Shown one piece after another: positions 1 to 13,800 of a DNA stretch of 40,158 nucleotides (within the stretch, counting starts at the first letter, position 1; every line of letters starts with the position of its first letter). The DNA comes from Nemertoderma westbladi (taxonomy: Eukaryota; Animalia; Xenacoelomorpha). The stretch covers positions 1-40,158 of the forward strand of contig JAUCBJ010001764.1 of assembly GCA_032718475.1 (NCBI GenBank), read 5' to 3'. Under the pieces are notes generated by a model, which saw nothing but the letters and a program-made list of their open reading frames with translations, made no database searches and was not told the DNA's origin. The translations under genes and the position numbers were made by a program.

Positions 1-808
1 CTAAAAGCTGATAATCCTGAAGAACGTGTTGGGAAATGGAATGATCACTTCAGTAACTTGCTTGGGCAGCCACCAAACATCGAGGTTAGCCCTACAAGGA
101 AAATATATGACAAGACACTACCTATAGAAACAGGGGACTTCACAGCCGCCGAACTCCAAAGAAGCATTAAAAGCATGTCCAATAATAAAGCTAGTGGTTT
201 GGATGAAATCCCTGCAGAAGAGGTATTGGAATACTGGAGTGCTAGACAGACCATTATTGAATGTTTGCAACCTGATGCTGATTGGGGAAATTCCATCCAT
301 TAGTACTAAAAGTCAAATAAAGCCTCTTCCCAAGAAAGAAACGTCGGTGACTCGTTGTACTAAAAAACTACCAACTACCATGGTATCAGTCTCGCATCCT
401 TGTGGCCATCTCCCAAAAATAAACAACAACATGATTCTATATAGAATTAGCTCACATAGAGAACTCTGCTAAAGCCAAAACGGATTCGACCAATAGATAA
501 ATCACCAGCTCAGATACTTGCGCTACGGAGACTGATTGATAGAATTATAGTCAATGAATCCTCCTTCCAGTCCTGACATGTTGTGGACTTCAAGAAAGCA
601 TTTGACTCCATCCATAGAGGTAGAATGCTGGAAATTCTAAGAGCTTGTGGAATACCTGAAGTAACTTGTGCTGGCATTGGATGGTTATATTGTGACACAG
701 AAGCTCAGGTGCTCTCACCAGATGGTGAAACTGAATTCCTCTCAATCCTGGCTGGCGTACTGCAAGGTGACACATTGGCGCCACTACGATTTGTAATTAC
801 ATTGGATT
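1..808 (+). mobile_element. Degenerate RTE-type non-LTR retrotransposon, RT N-terminal half; cut by the window edge and ending before the YADD motif
   Basis: Frameshifted pieces read W.DHFSNLLG, KASGLDEIPAE, IKPLPKK, QNGFR, VDFKKAFDSIHR and GVLQGDTLAP..F..LD; AT-rich DNA follows. Confidence 0.85.
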
Positions 809-1941
809 TCGATTATTATTTCTATTATAATTATAATTAAATACCATGTTGTCTGGAATTATCTTTCCGTTATCTATTTAAACTTTTGTTCAGGCTGATT
901 TTCATTATAACTGGTTTTCTACTTAACCGCAGTGCGCTTGCCTATTGACCCTTTAGTTGAGTTTGTATCTGCTGTGGTTTTGAAAAATAAATAGATACTT
1001 AATTATAATTTATAATTAATTATAAATACCTACTTAATTATATAGACTTTTATTATATGGCTTATTAAATACCGTTAGTTTAGGCTACAATAAAAAGACC
1101 ACATCCCCTTACTTTCATATTGACCATTTGATATTGACCATCTCATCTAAGGTAAAAATGCCTTAGTGTAAGTAGTTTCCTTAGCTTCGTGGACCTGGAA
1201 CTGTACATTATTCACTTTCAAACTGAAAGATGACCAACCGTATTGAACTAAGAGTAACTGGGCAAGTTATTAAAATAAACAATTATTTAATAAACAAAAA
1301 CAAATTTCATAAAGAATACTTATTCATTACAATACAAATTCCGCGCGATCTAATCACTCGTGGTAGTTAGTTAATAACACCTGAATATCGTGGATTCAAT
1401 GTGTTAATTGTCTCAGTTTTGGGGAATTACACTCTCCAGATTTTACACTATTTAAATAGAAAGTGTGATTTATTCTATATTGTCATAAACTACAATGATT
1501 GAAGTTATCTTGTTAACATGTTATCTTGAGTGCCGCTTAGAATAATTCAACGTTGTATTAACGATGTTAAGTAATTATTTTAATCGAAAGCAAAATATTA
1601 GCATAATATTATTTCCTAATATTAAAACCTGATCATATGAGACAACCAACACCAGACTTGTTACAATCAATGCTTTTGTTAACAAATTTTGGGTGGGCCA
1701 TATCAGCTCTTATCGCCATTTTATTGATTTGGCCTCTACCATATACTTAGAACACTGAATGAAAAATAAATTTACAATGATATAATCATTATCTTTGTAA
1801 AACATTTATAGAGGTAGGTATACTAAATCAATTGAAAGAGTAAATAAAAATAAAATACAGTAAATGGAGACCCGACTGTCCGTCCGTGTCCATGTCTAAA
1901 CAAGGCCACTCTTTGTGAGTGATGATTATGACCAGGTAAAT

Positions 1942-3036
1942 TCAATAGTTAGATGTAGATGGAGTATATGGTGGTGGGGGTAGTTGACGTTCCTGGGAGG
2001 TTGGTTCTCTGGGGACGGAAGATCTACGTGTTGTGGGAGCTGTTTCAGTCGGCGTTGTCGGAAGATTGATCGGAGGTTTCGGCACGATTCCGCGGTTCCT
2101 CATGTAGCCAACAACCTGTTCGGGAACCTCCTCTAGTACATCCTTAGCAAGTCGCGTTTCAACAGCTGAGTTCGACGCCCCAGTTCCAATGTGGTTGTTG
2201 AATGGAACAAATTGTACTATGTCTCTCTCGGCTTTACGACCTTGAAAGGAAACTCGTACATCATCACCATCAAGAACCTCCATCGCTTCAAAATCTGCAT
2301 TTCCAACTCCAACAATAATTATTGACATGGGAAGAGTCGCAGCTTCAACAATGGCCTTTAACGTTTGCGGCATATCCGATATGATGCCGTCAGTAATGAT
2401 GAGCAGTATAAAGTATTCTGTTCCGTCCTGTTTCTCTCGCGCAAATCGGGCCACGTGGTTGATCACGGGGCTGAAGTTAGTGGGTCCGTAGAGTTGAACA
2501 TTGTGTAGGGCATAGTTGTACGCTTCCATGATGCCTTCAAGGCCTTGTACATATGGGTTGTCTGCATGACCGTTGAGGAAGAACTCATGGGAAACCTCTC
2601 CAGTCGGGGGTACTCGCGCACCGAAACCGAGGCAAGGGAAGAGTTTGTCAGTGTCGTAATCCTGGATGATCTTACCAACTGCTTCCAACGCCATCTGATA
2701 ATGGTTGGGTTTGCTATGATGGATGTAATGCAGGGATGATGCCTGTTTAGGATCGCCATTGGAAGCTGTGAAGTCGATGGCAACAGTGAAAGCCAACTGC
2801 ATTCCTCCGCGAATGAAATCCAAGAACGAATATCCCTTTTCAATGTGAATGTGTTCTACTGACAAGGTTCCTGAGTTTACGTATTTCGATTTCTTCTTAG
2901 CTCTCTTTTTTTCATCAATGAGCTGAAATTTAGAAATTGTAGAAGTTCGAGAATTTTGGTCGAGTTCAAACAATGTGACGTAACAAACTCCAATTAGTTC
3001 ATGTTTACCTGATCGGTTCCAGTCGAAGCACTCAAT
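1942..3036 (-). CDS. CPNE: Copine exon 2: end of C2B, VWA domain and Pro-rich tail
   Basis: Acceptor ttctag|ATT GAG TGC gives IECFDWNRSGKHELIG in frame with ORF 1942..2973. Copine VWA motifs AIDFTASNGDP..SLHY, LYGPTNFSP, LLIITDG, PMSIIIVGVG and RDIVQFVPF are present. Resembles the CPNE5/8/9 type; the ortholog is not assignable by eye. Confidence 0.95.
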   Translation of the reverse strand: MECFDWNRSGKHELIGVCYVTLFELDQNSRTSTISKFQLIDEKKRAKKKSKYVNSGTLSVEHIHIEKGYSFLDFIRGGMQLAFTVAIDFTASNGDPKQASSLHYIHHSKPNHYQMALEAVGKIIQDYDTDKLFPCLGFGARVPPTGEVSHEFFLNGHADNPYVQGLEGIMEAYNYALHNVQLYGPTNFSPVINHVARFAREKQDGTEYFILLIITDGIISDMPQTLKAIVEAATLPMSIIIVGVGNADFEAMEVLDGDDVRVSFQGRKAERDIVQFVPFNNHIGTGASNSAVETRLAKDVLEEVPEQVVGYMRNRGIVPKPPINLPTTPTETAPTTRRSSVPREPTSQERQLPPPPYTPSTSNY

Positions 3037-3401
3037 CTAGAAGTGGAATTAGATTAAAACTGTTAATTATATAGTAATAATAATTAATTATCATTCATAT
3101 TAATTAAATTCGTATTATTTATTTTTAGAAAATGTATTAATTTTAACATAATTATTTTAATTCAGTTAGTTAACCTTAGTGTTTCATTAATATCATAATT
3201 GTAATTTAGGGAAGATTTCATATTAATTTATTTGTGATAATCTGATGATAACATGTTGATTTAAACATAAAGATGTATTTTAACAATTGGAATTGTATAT
3301 TCCAATGCAACATCAATCATAAATCATCAAATGATAAATTTACATAATTTACTTCAAAGGTTATGATGTAATTTTACAAATAATAAATAATAATATAATA
3401 C
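3037..3401 (-). other. GT-AG intron of copine (365 bp, phase 0)
   Basis: Donor AAG|GTATTA at 3402/3401, acceptor CTAG| at 3037; very AT-rich; joining gives YHRMIK-IECFDWN, as expected for copine C2B. Confidence 0.92.
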
Positions 3402-4061
3402 CTTTATCATCCTGTGGTAATCTCCTTGGCATAAAACCCTGACTGGAAGCTCGAAGCGTTTCCAACGTGGATTCAAGGTCACCTTAATAACCTCCGTCTT
3501 GTGGCAGATTGTAAACTCTCCATCTTCATTAGAACGGTAGAAGCATAGAAACGGATCCGACTTACCGAAAATATCTTTCCTCGATAATTTATGACCAGCA
3601 AACTGAAACGTAACTTTATCATTACACGATGAAACCTCTTCAGCCGACACAATAATACGCCCTTTCCCTCCGTCGATTAGGTTCTTACTGAGGCGGCTGC
3701 CTGGCGATCCAATTATCTCCCCCAAGTTGAAAAAGGCGTATCCCAAAAAGTCGTGTTTCTTTAAATCCCGACTTTTACTGTCAATGTCATACACTTCAAA
3801 TTTTATTTTTTGCAATTCCTCGAAATAGTACGTAAGATGGAATTTCTTAACAAAGTTTGGGTTTAGGTTGTCCCAAATGATTTCTGTCCGGCCATGTTCG
3901 AGCCATTTCGTTGATCCAGGTGGTTGGATATAGAGAACCACTATGGGATCAGATTTGGAGAAAACATCAGCATCAATGAGATTGCGGCAACTAACATTCA
4001 ACTCAATCTCGGAGGTCGGGGTCACGCTTGACCCCGGAGAGAACGAGTGAAACGAGGCCAT
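3402..4061 (-). CDS. CPNE: Copine exon 1: C2A and most of C2B (220 codons); spliced protein 584 aa
   Basis: SCRNLIDADVFSKSDP, GRTEIIWDNLNPNF, FEELQKIKFEVYDID..HDFLG, KDIFGKSDPFL, HKTEVIKVTLNPRW. Confidence 0.95.
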
Positions 4062-7000
4062 TTCATTGTCGTTAAATAGATATTATATCAAAATCTTTTG
4101 TTCCACATAAACAGGCAATTTAATTATTATCAATTTCGCGTTACTGGCTACAATTATTTATTAATGTTATAATATATGCTGGCAACGTATGGGGCGGGGT
4201 TGTTATTGTGATTTTGTGCCAAGTCCCCACTATTCTTTGAGTTTGTAGACTTAATAAATATCTTCATGACATTTGTATTCTGGGATATTAATATCTTTTT
4301 CGAATAAGTAATCAATTATTAATTAAACTGCCAAAAATATCTATCATAGTATTTGATTGAATATTTAAATTATGACTCATTTAATTTCATTTAGATGTAC
4401 AGCATTATACCAACTGTAAACACCCCATTTGTAATCGCAAATTTACCGAAAATAACATAACGTTATTTATAATCAACACAAACACAGAGTATATATATTA
4501 GTAATAAACCAATAGAGTCTACACTAGTGAACATGTGCGCTGAAGGCATCCTCCCCAACAACGGGACAGTTATTGCATAGCGTAATCAATCAATAATAGC
4601 ATTGATGCTTAATAAAGTGCGTCCTACGATATCCACTGTTATTCATTTCTTGTTGCACTAATCAATTGCGCATGTAATGAAATATTTTTGCAATGATTTT
4701 AGAATTTAACAACGCGCGTGGATGCTTTTATTCGCGTATAATTTCTTAAACCTACATACGTATTATATTATACTAAACTCAAAAGATATAGTATTATTAC
4801 CAAAGCTAAAGGTGGTGTCAAACTGCCCACATCTTCTGTAATTATATTAACTCTGCCCAAGGGCATGCCAACAACCAGCCATGTACAATACATTATTTAA
4901 TAAGTAATTTGAACAGGAAACCCCCATTAAATGGCTCATCTGGCATTCTTTAGCAAAGGGTACTGATGCACTTCTGGAACATTATCCTGGGATCATAATT
5001 AACGCTATGCATGATTTTTCATATGTCAGTCAGAGAAGTTATAACCCGTATGAAAACCCAAATATTATCTTTCATTCTGGTGATTTGCAATCAAACAAAT
5101 CTGTCAGTACATTCTGGGTTACTTAATTAGAGAGGCTCGGGGGACTTTGAATCAAGGGATCTTCTGACTGAAGCTGGAATTTTGTCAATTTCCATTGTGA
5201 AACGCGACAACGTAAAGGTATACAAAAGTTATCATTGGATGGATTTGCTCCGTTTTTTGCCCCCCCCCCCCCCCCCCCCATTTTACTGCCGCTAGGGTCC
5301 AAAGTGCACCCTTTCATATTCAATCTTCCAGTAACAATCCCGGTACACTCACTGTAAGTATGGCTGTAACCCTTATTTATATAAGCAATAGTTATTTATA
5401 TATCCGATGGCCCTTAAAATAACATAACATTTAATATCAAAAAAAAAATGAAAATAGTGGAATACGAGAAAAAATATCTAAATCTCGAGATAGCGCTACA
5501 TTAAACACAAATGTCATGGTAGTCCGATTATTCACCACCCTGTCATCTGTTTGCCCTTAACTTGGTTTCTTTAATTGATTAAAACAGTACGCCCTTACTA
5601 AAATATAACAACGGCAGGATATTTGTTTAATCGCAACATCCGCTGCAGAAAACCTTATCTCCAGTCATGTCCCTTCCTCTCCAGTTTATCTAACGCTGGA
5701 GAATTTCCTTTTATTAAGAAATCCTCTCCAGTACCGGTCCTTGTCGAGATGATTACTGCCCCACGGTATCTGGGTTTATATTAACAATGTAGAGCTGCTA
5801 CGAACCCACTACCTGTATACTAAATATGTGTAGAATAGTGGTAGGGTGATATATCCCGGTTCCATAACTCCGTTTAACAGCTATTAGCTGCCCAAAACCT
5901 AATAAACCACCCTCCAAGAAAGTGTATAAGTAGCATTAATGTTTGTAAGCTTCTTGCTTCAGTTTAGTAGTCCCAACTAATTACACGCCAAGGGGGTAGC
6001 TTCGAAACAGTGGGCGGCTTATTCTGGACATACCTATGCGAGCGTCTTTCCCCTGTGGAATCGTTAATGTAAGGTTTAATCCTCAAGGAAGCTCTCTCAT
6101 CTGTAGCAAAATATCAAGCAACATGACGTTTAATTGAACATGGACCGAGTGTTTGGGATAGGAGCGAGAGTGCGCATTCTTTGGACTTAGTGCAGATCTT
6201 TCATCCGTTGCTTTCTAGGTACCCCTGGTGCAGGGAATTACACTACAAATAGGATTATAGGGACGCAGCTTAGACAAACAAGTCCCAATTTGACCGTGAA
6301 TCCCAAAGTTGTAGGACAGTGGACAGTGGCCGCCCATAGTTCGATTCTCGGTAACTCATTGGAGTAAACAAAACTGGACTCCATTGCTAAGGGAAAAACA
6401 TATGTTATGGTGGTACTATATTGCGGTTGAATTTATTAAAAAATAAAATAAACTAAAAAACAATGTGTTGTTATCCACTCCCACATCCTACCCCATTCTA
6501 CGTGACAGACATTTTATTACTGTCCAAGAGCTAAATAATACTGTAAATTACTAAAAAATAAACAAGTAAAAATGAAGAGCTCTGAATTTCTGATAAAATA
6601 ATATACTTATATAACCGACAATGATGAGAGAATAAGAAGCGTGGCTTGCGAGGGAGCGGGCCCAACCCATAGTACTTGTAAATATGTTTTTCTTTTCTGA
6701 TTTCTGTATGGCCTGGAAGTGATGTGTGAATTCTTAGCCGGCGAGTATTATTTTACTTGCACATCACATAAGTAATATTCGCTTAATATTCGCACAATAC
6801 ATCTCAAAGAAAAATATACATAAAATGATAAATAAACTTCATATAAAATTGTTTAGTATTAATAATAATAAGAATGGCAAATCAATATAGTCTGTAAATC
6901 AGCTGGTGGGAATATCTGTTAAACATTTCCTCTCACATATTAGAAAGTTGGTATTCCAGTTCCAGCTGTTCTCGGTTTTGTTAAGTGGTCGTGGTTCTGC

Positions 7001-7258
7001 CAAGCGGGATGACTTCTGCAGTGAATGTAGGGGGCCACACAAGATGCATTTAGTGTTCAGGAACTTGTTTCAGACACATAATGTGGTATTGTAGACAAAC
7101 TGTGGATTGTATTGTACCGGTATGCCTACAGCTGTACTGTAGGCAGGTATAGTAGTATGAGTTTTCACTAGTTTGAATGAGGGAATTAACATAAGTGGTT
7201 ATAATCATAAACCTTCGAGTATTATGTATAGTAAGGCGCTGCAACACTGGGATTACTT

Positions 7259-10200
7259 GTGACTCTAATCACTGTTCCAATTATAACAGCTGGAGGAGCC
7301 AGAGCTCGCCTTGTTATATGGGCACTAAATTGCAAACCGTACATCGATGCTGTTTCAATAATGCCTTGTGATACGACCAACACAACTGATAAACTCACAA
7401 CTGATAAACTCCGATTCATGTTTCAAAATGTACAATCCTTAACCAACATCGTCAATATCTGTGAAAGAGACAATTGTATCTCGCCTTATCGACATTGTGT
7501 TCCTTGTTGTGATTTTCAACAACTTAGAAAACCTCGATCTCGCTACTACCATAATGCCTACAATATTACTAGAGATAACCATAATGGCGGTGGAATTGCG
7601 TACATAGCGAGTGACGCAATAAAACTATTTATTGCTGTAAACCATAGTGACGAATTCGAATCTATGTTCCTATCCATTGGTAGGAATTTATTTGTCGTTG
7701 TCTATCGTCCCTCAAACTCAATCAAATATCCTAAATCAGTGACTTCCTTTAAAACTGAATTCGACAATTTGATCACAGAGTTTTCAATGAAGTTTGACAC
7801 AGTAACAATTGTCGGAGATGTTAACATATGGATGGAGTCTGATATATCATTAAAGTTCCAAGTTCCTCTTGGAGTCACAGGGATTCTCGGTACCAGATCT
7901 CGGTCTAACCCACAAAGTTGGACACCAACTTGACTGCATCGCTACTCAATCTTTCACTGCTGAAGACATAGAAGTGTCACCAATAAACAAAAAGATAAGT
8001 GACCATGCACGGATACTGTTCAGTGTAACTCGTACCAGCTCTTCGAATTTCTCCAGATTTGTAACTAGAATCTTCAGATCCTGGAAGACTTTCAATAAAG
8101 AATCCTTTGTAATAGATTTCAAGAGTGCAAAACTTGGCCAGTTTAACATCAACTCATTGTCTTTCACTTCTTGGATGAATAATTTGAGAGTGATTTTTAA
8201 TAATCATGACCCATTAAAAGAAAAGGAAGTGAAAATTAACCCTAAACACTCAAAGATCAGAGATGAAGATAAGAGCTAGTAAGCGCCACTTAGAATCCAT
8301 GTATAAGAAGAATAGCTCCACTGATAATAAGGATGCGTTGAATGAGGCTCAACAAGAAACAAGCTTTTCAAGAATCCACCCATCTCTTTTACCAAGATTA
8401 CTTTGAAGTTAATACCTCGGAATCCAAACTAACTGGCGACAGTTTAAAGATCTACTGGGTAATGCCAAGAAAATGATAATACCATCAACTCTGGGCAACA
8501 CGACCATATTGGCTAAGAAGTTATCTGACTTCTTCACTGATAAAGTTGTGAAAATCATCTCCAAATTATCTTCTGTGCCAAATCTAGACAACCTTCCCAG
8601 ACTGTACAAAACTCATGTATTTCAACCAGTAACAGAGGAATAAGTATCTAAGAAAGCCAATTTAATGTCTAATTCCACATATGAACTTGACCCTATTCCG
8701 ACTCCACTGTTTAAATAAATTCTACCAGTATTAATCAAACCTCTAAGTGGTTACATTAATAGTTTTCTTTCCGAAGGTACTTTTCCATCAGTGTTGAAGA
8801 AAGGTCTTATTAGACCATCACTAAAGAAACCCAGACATAATCCAGAAGTACTAAAAAACTACTGTCCAGTAACAAACCTATTACAGTATTTATATCTAAA
8901 TTAGATGAAAAAAAAATTATTGATCGAACCTCAAAACAATTTAAATTACGTCCTAATCAGTCTTGGTACAGTTCAAACTTCTCGACTGAAACCAACAATA
9001 TATACCAACACCATGAATTTATCAAAGCAATGGATTGTCAGGAAGTTACTATATGTGCATAGTTGGACCTCTCAGCAGAACTTGACACCATAAATCACCA
9101 ATTTCTAATAAAAAAAGTTAGAAATGGTCCATGGCGTTAAGGGTCAAGCACTAAAGATGTTTAAGTCTTATCGTGAAGTTTGATACCAACAGGTAGTACG
9201 TATTTCACGGAGCTCAATCTGAGCAGACACCCCTTCTAACAGGCATTCCACAAGGAAGTGTACTTGGACCTGTCCTTTTCAATGCGTATAATGCAGATCT
9301 CTTTTATGAACTAATTGCAGACTTAGTTAGGAAATTATGCCGATGATACCCAATTATACTAGTATACTATACTAGTATTATAATACCTCTTACCCAATAT
9401 CCGAAATAAAAATCTAAAAACTCGAATAATCCAGGGGTTTAATTGTATCTTACTTTGGATGCAGAATAGTAACCAGCAACTTAACCCTGAAAAAACTGAA
9501 GTTATGCTGGTAGGCTCCAAAAACAGAAGAAGAAACTTTCGAGCGTAGACTGATGTATCTCCCTCTCAAATTGTGCAGTTCAGTTCTCAAATAGTGTTAA
9601 ATGATTGGGTATAGTATGTGATGCAAATCTGAACTTTGAAGAACACGTTAAATCGACTGCAGCTAAAACTAAATATTATCTGAGATCAATTTTGAATCCG
9701 ATTTGACTGCTGTAATACTCTGTTCAACTCCTGCAGTATCAAAGTCATCAAACGTATACCTTATACAGGTTGTCCACAAGAGCCCCTGCTCCTTAGTCAC
9801 CAACACTCCACATTACGACTTGATTGATGGTCAGAGGATTTACAGCTCAGCATCAGCGCCCTACCCACTCTACACTGGCCCCCTGTAGACAAACAGATAA
9901 ATTTCAAACAATGTTTAATTGTCCACGAGGTCTTGTCTGGAAACGCCCCAGAATATTTGTCAGAAAAAATATGACTAACACAACTTTCTCGAAGTTAAGA
10001 TCATACAGTACATAGGCTTCCATCAAAAATAAGCTGACGGCCCAGTGCTTCGTGAGGTCCAGACGTTTGGAACAGTTTAGACCAGTTGATAATCTGCTTC
10101 TCTTTAACGAATTTAAAAATAGACTGAAAACTTACCTTTTTTAAATTCTACCGGTACCGTTGATTATATAAATGATCAATAATTACGTTATCACTGTTTG

Positions 10201-10290
10201 CGGCTGCAGGCGCCTTGATAAGGTTTTATAACCCCTAAAGTCGCCTTCAAAAACAAATATTAATATAAATGTAATTATTATTATTAATTA
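7259..10290 (+). mobile_element. Degenerate L2-clade LINE (APE endonuclease, RT, 3' end) with many stops and frameshifts
   Basis: EN: GGGIAY, VVYRP, IVGDVNIW, THKVGHQLD, ISDH. RT: LDPIPT, IRPSLKKP..LKNYCPVTNL, GIPQGSVLGPVLFN, YADDTQLY, LNPEKTEVML, LHW, FKNRLKTYLF. 3' stem AGGCGCCTT..AAGTCGCCT (10208-10246) and an (ATT)n tail fit L2 ends. The 5' boundary is uncertain. Confidence 0.9.
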
Positions 10291-10855
10291 TAAGGCTGCA
10301 GGCCCCATCTCATGAGCAAATTTTCTGCGAAGCCGGCCTAAATAAAAGCGCTGGACAATGAGAGTTAACCTTGGGTGTGATTGCCCCTTTCAGGAAGAAA
10401 GCAAACCAATACACTTTTGCAAGGCCAGAATTCCTCTGGGTGGCCCTCTGGGCCTATAGGTGCCCCTCAGGGTCTATAGGAAGTGCCAACTGGTAGTCTA
10501 CCTGGGTCACTTCAAGGGATAGTGTGAAGTTGTTGAACAATTTGATAGCAGTGACCTAACTGTGGTATATGCTTGCATGAGGTCTGTGCGATGGCATCTC
10601 AATCCAATGAAAATTAGAACAGCGTGGGTGAGTGTATGTCAGTATGTGTCATCTTGGTGCGACTACTACAACTACTACTAAAACTACCTGATTCGCCTGA
10701 TTAGATAATAAAATGATTAGTATGTCAGGCTTGGGCTTGTGGACTGATAGCTGGTCATTGTTATCGCTGGAATGAAGGATCATATCACCTCTCAAGTCTC
10801 AATGACCTTGTATGTATTATAACAATCTCAATCTCATGGTGTTGGCCATAAACGG

Positions 10856-13800
10856 CAGAGGCGTAGCGAGGGGGGGGGGAGGAATGTTCCCCCGGGCGCA
10901 CTCACGTAATTTTTTCCTAATTTTTCAGGGATTGTGATACAGTACAGGTTATGTGTCATAAGCGAAAATGTGGAAAAATTCTCTCTGCTCGCTTGGCTCG
11001 CTATTCAATATACAGTATTATAATTTCACTATATCAAACTTGTGTATAATAGATTTGATATACAGTAGTTATATACTTTTAGTACACTGTTTTTTAGATG
11101 TTTTTAATATTATATTCTGTTCTATAATATTAAAAAAACCGCCATAAATGAAAAGTTAAAATTATTGAAGGGGGGGGGGGGGGGGGGGTGGCGCTATCTC
11201 AGCTTCATTCCCCTGGGCGTCAGAAAGGCTCAGAAGGGCAGTGTCTCAATCTCGGCGCCGGAATTTGTTTACTTATCAATCCCATTCGCCCCCTCCCCTA
11301 TGTCTTTTAATGTCAATCCCATAGTAAGTAAGAACAACTGTCTGAACGTCTGTTGCAACAACAGCCGTGACTCCGGGCCGATATCATTCTGGAATGTAGA
11401 AGGTTTAAATTTGTCAAAGAATCCTTGAACCATGAAGAACTATACAATAACAATGATATAATAATGTTCGCAGAGACTTTTCTCATTTTCTCAGATGCGC
11501 AGGAAAATCCTGGCTATTATACCACCTATGTTCACCCAGCGGAACAATATCCCAGAGGTAAACCCTTCCGTGGCCTTATGCTCCTTGCAACTCCACAGTT
11601 AAACCCATCGATGAAGGTACATACTGAGAACTATATTATATGCAAGACAAGCGCAGCTTACTTTATCGTATACTATTTTATCCCCGAGACGGCAATTGCA
11701 GATATATTATTTGTGATATCAGAATCACTTTCGCATACCGAACCAGCTCCTACAGTCCTGGCTGGCGATTTTAATTGCCGACTAGACAAAGGTGATCGCG
11801 GGAAAGAGTTAACCGCTGGCCTCCAGACATTGGGATTCGAGAGGTTAGAGTACGAAACCCCCGGCAAACCTACATATATATCACCCCAAGGATCCAGCAT
11901 CGTCGACATTGTCTTTGCAAAGGGATTAGCTGGCTCAACAGCAGTGCGTGTTCTCGACTCACCCATCAGGAAACACCAACAGTTGTCTGTAGCTGTCCTT
12001 CTGGACGCTGAAAGGCCTCCCCCTCCACAAATGAGATCGCCCCACTATCTCGCAAGGTAAATATTGCTACGTTTAAGCAACACGAAAATCTGGCTATTCT
12101 TAACACAAGTACTGCTAGTGACTCTGTAGATCACTTATGGGGCCTAATCAACCAAGCAATCCGAGATTCGACAGCGATGAAACGGCATAAACGGAACGCC
12201 AGTAAGGAGTGGTTCGATGACGATTGTATCACAGCGAAACGAATTCTACTAAACCTGATGGAAAACCGGAAAGCTTCAGCAGAGTCAGAATCCCATTTCT
12301 GGGCAGCTAGGAAAGCATACAAGTGGTTGATAAAGAAGAAGCAACTAGAGTATAGCAATACAGAGGTTACAAAACGTTTAGAGTCAGCAGAAATCGACCC
12401 ATGGACGCTATTTCGAGGAAGAAAACCAGCTTCTGAGCCAATTGAAGCAGAAGTGCTCGAATCGCACTTTCGCAATCTTGTTGGAACTGAGAACGATCCT
12501 GAAGGTTGTCGCGACCCACCTACACCCGATTTGAGTGAACTGACTGAGGACAAGTGGTTTAATAAGGGGATATCAGAAGATGAAGTATCCGAGGCTGTGT
12601 TGCGGACTAAGAACCGGAAAGCCTCGGGGCCGGATGGGTTCTATTACGAACACATAAAGGAAATCCTACCCTTCATTTTAGTTTACCTAACTTTGTTATA
12701 TAACGTTTGTTTGGACTGCACTGCTTTACCCAGCATATGGATGACAAAAGTTTTATAAATATTTTGTACAAAGGCAAGGGGTCGCCCTACGACCCTGACA
12801 ACTATAGGGGTATTGCCCTAATTTCTGTGTTTCTCAAAATTTTCACTTCTATAATTAACTCTAAATTACGGTTGAATATTTATGCAGTTTTTCCCTGTAA
12901 CCAATATGGGTTTATTCCCGATAGATCCACAATACATGCACTCTGTCAATTGTTTAGTGATATAAATCAAGCTCTCAAATCAGAACACCGTTCGAATCGA
13001 CATGTATACGCATGTTTTATCGATTTTAAAAAGGCCTTCGATATGGTACCTAGAGCAAAACTTTTATACAAAATTTATACTCTAGGAGTACGTGGTAAGA
13101 TATACAATATTATCCGTTGTTTATTTAAGAATAATAACCGTATTTTCGATGGCATTAAATATTCTAATGTGATAGACCAACTGAGAGGCATATTACAGGG
13201 AGATTCAATTTCACCTACACTTTTTGTGCTTTTTATTGCCGATTTGTGCCATTTCCTATGTTCCGCAGTATCTACTTTAAAACAGATTTTCTTCGCGGAT
13301 GATCTTGTATTTTACTTTTCGAACGCTTATGATGTGCAATCGGCACTAAATGCTGTGTACACATGGTGTCAAGAAAATGGTATGACGGTCAACTTGCGTA
13401 AAACTAAGATTGTAAAATTTAGAAACGGTGGTCCTCTTAAAAAGACCGATATTTTTACATAATGGCGAAATTGTGCATATTGATAATTCTTACGAATACT
13501 TAGGCGTTATAGTCCAACCATCTCTGTGCTTTTCATAGCACATACACCTAAAGAAACGTGAGTGCTATAGCTTGATAGGATCGCTATCTGTATTACCACT
13601 ACTATCTGTAGATACTGGGCTGAAAATTTTTAACAGTAAAGTAGCCCCAAAAGCCCTCTATGCAATCTCCACTTTTGGTAAATATTTAAAATTGAAACAC
13701 CTAAAGAACATAGACATGATAAAATCTTAATTTTTGAAGAAAATGCTTGGCTTGCCACTAAATGCCTCATCAACCCTAGCTCACAACCTCACTGAGACTA

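Noticed and set aside
1008-1027. 20-bp perfect palindrome ATTTATAATTAATTATAAAT
   Set aside because: A/T-only sequence in low-complexity DNA.
3354-3401. C-terminus VLYYYLLFVKLHHNL of the 235-aa ORF
   Set aside because: Read-through into the copine intron.
4790-5260. Possible LINE ORF1/gag relic (ITKAKGGVKLPTSSVIILTLP)
   Set aside because: Short, stop-interrupted, no zinc knuckle; resemblance too weak.
10300-10690. Possible SINE or LINE 3' end with (CTA)n tail
   Set aside because: A tail-like repeat is visible at about 10662-10687 but no diagnostic motif or boundary.
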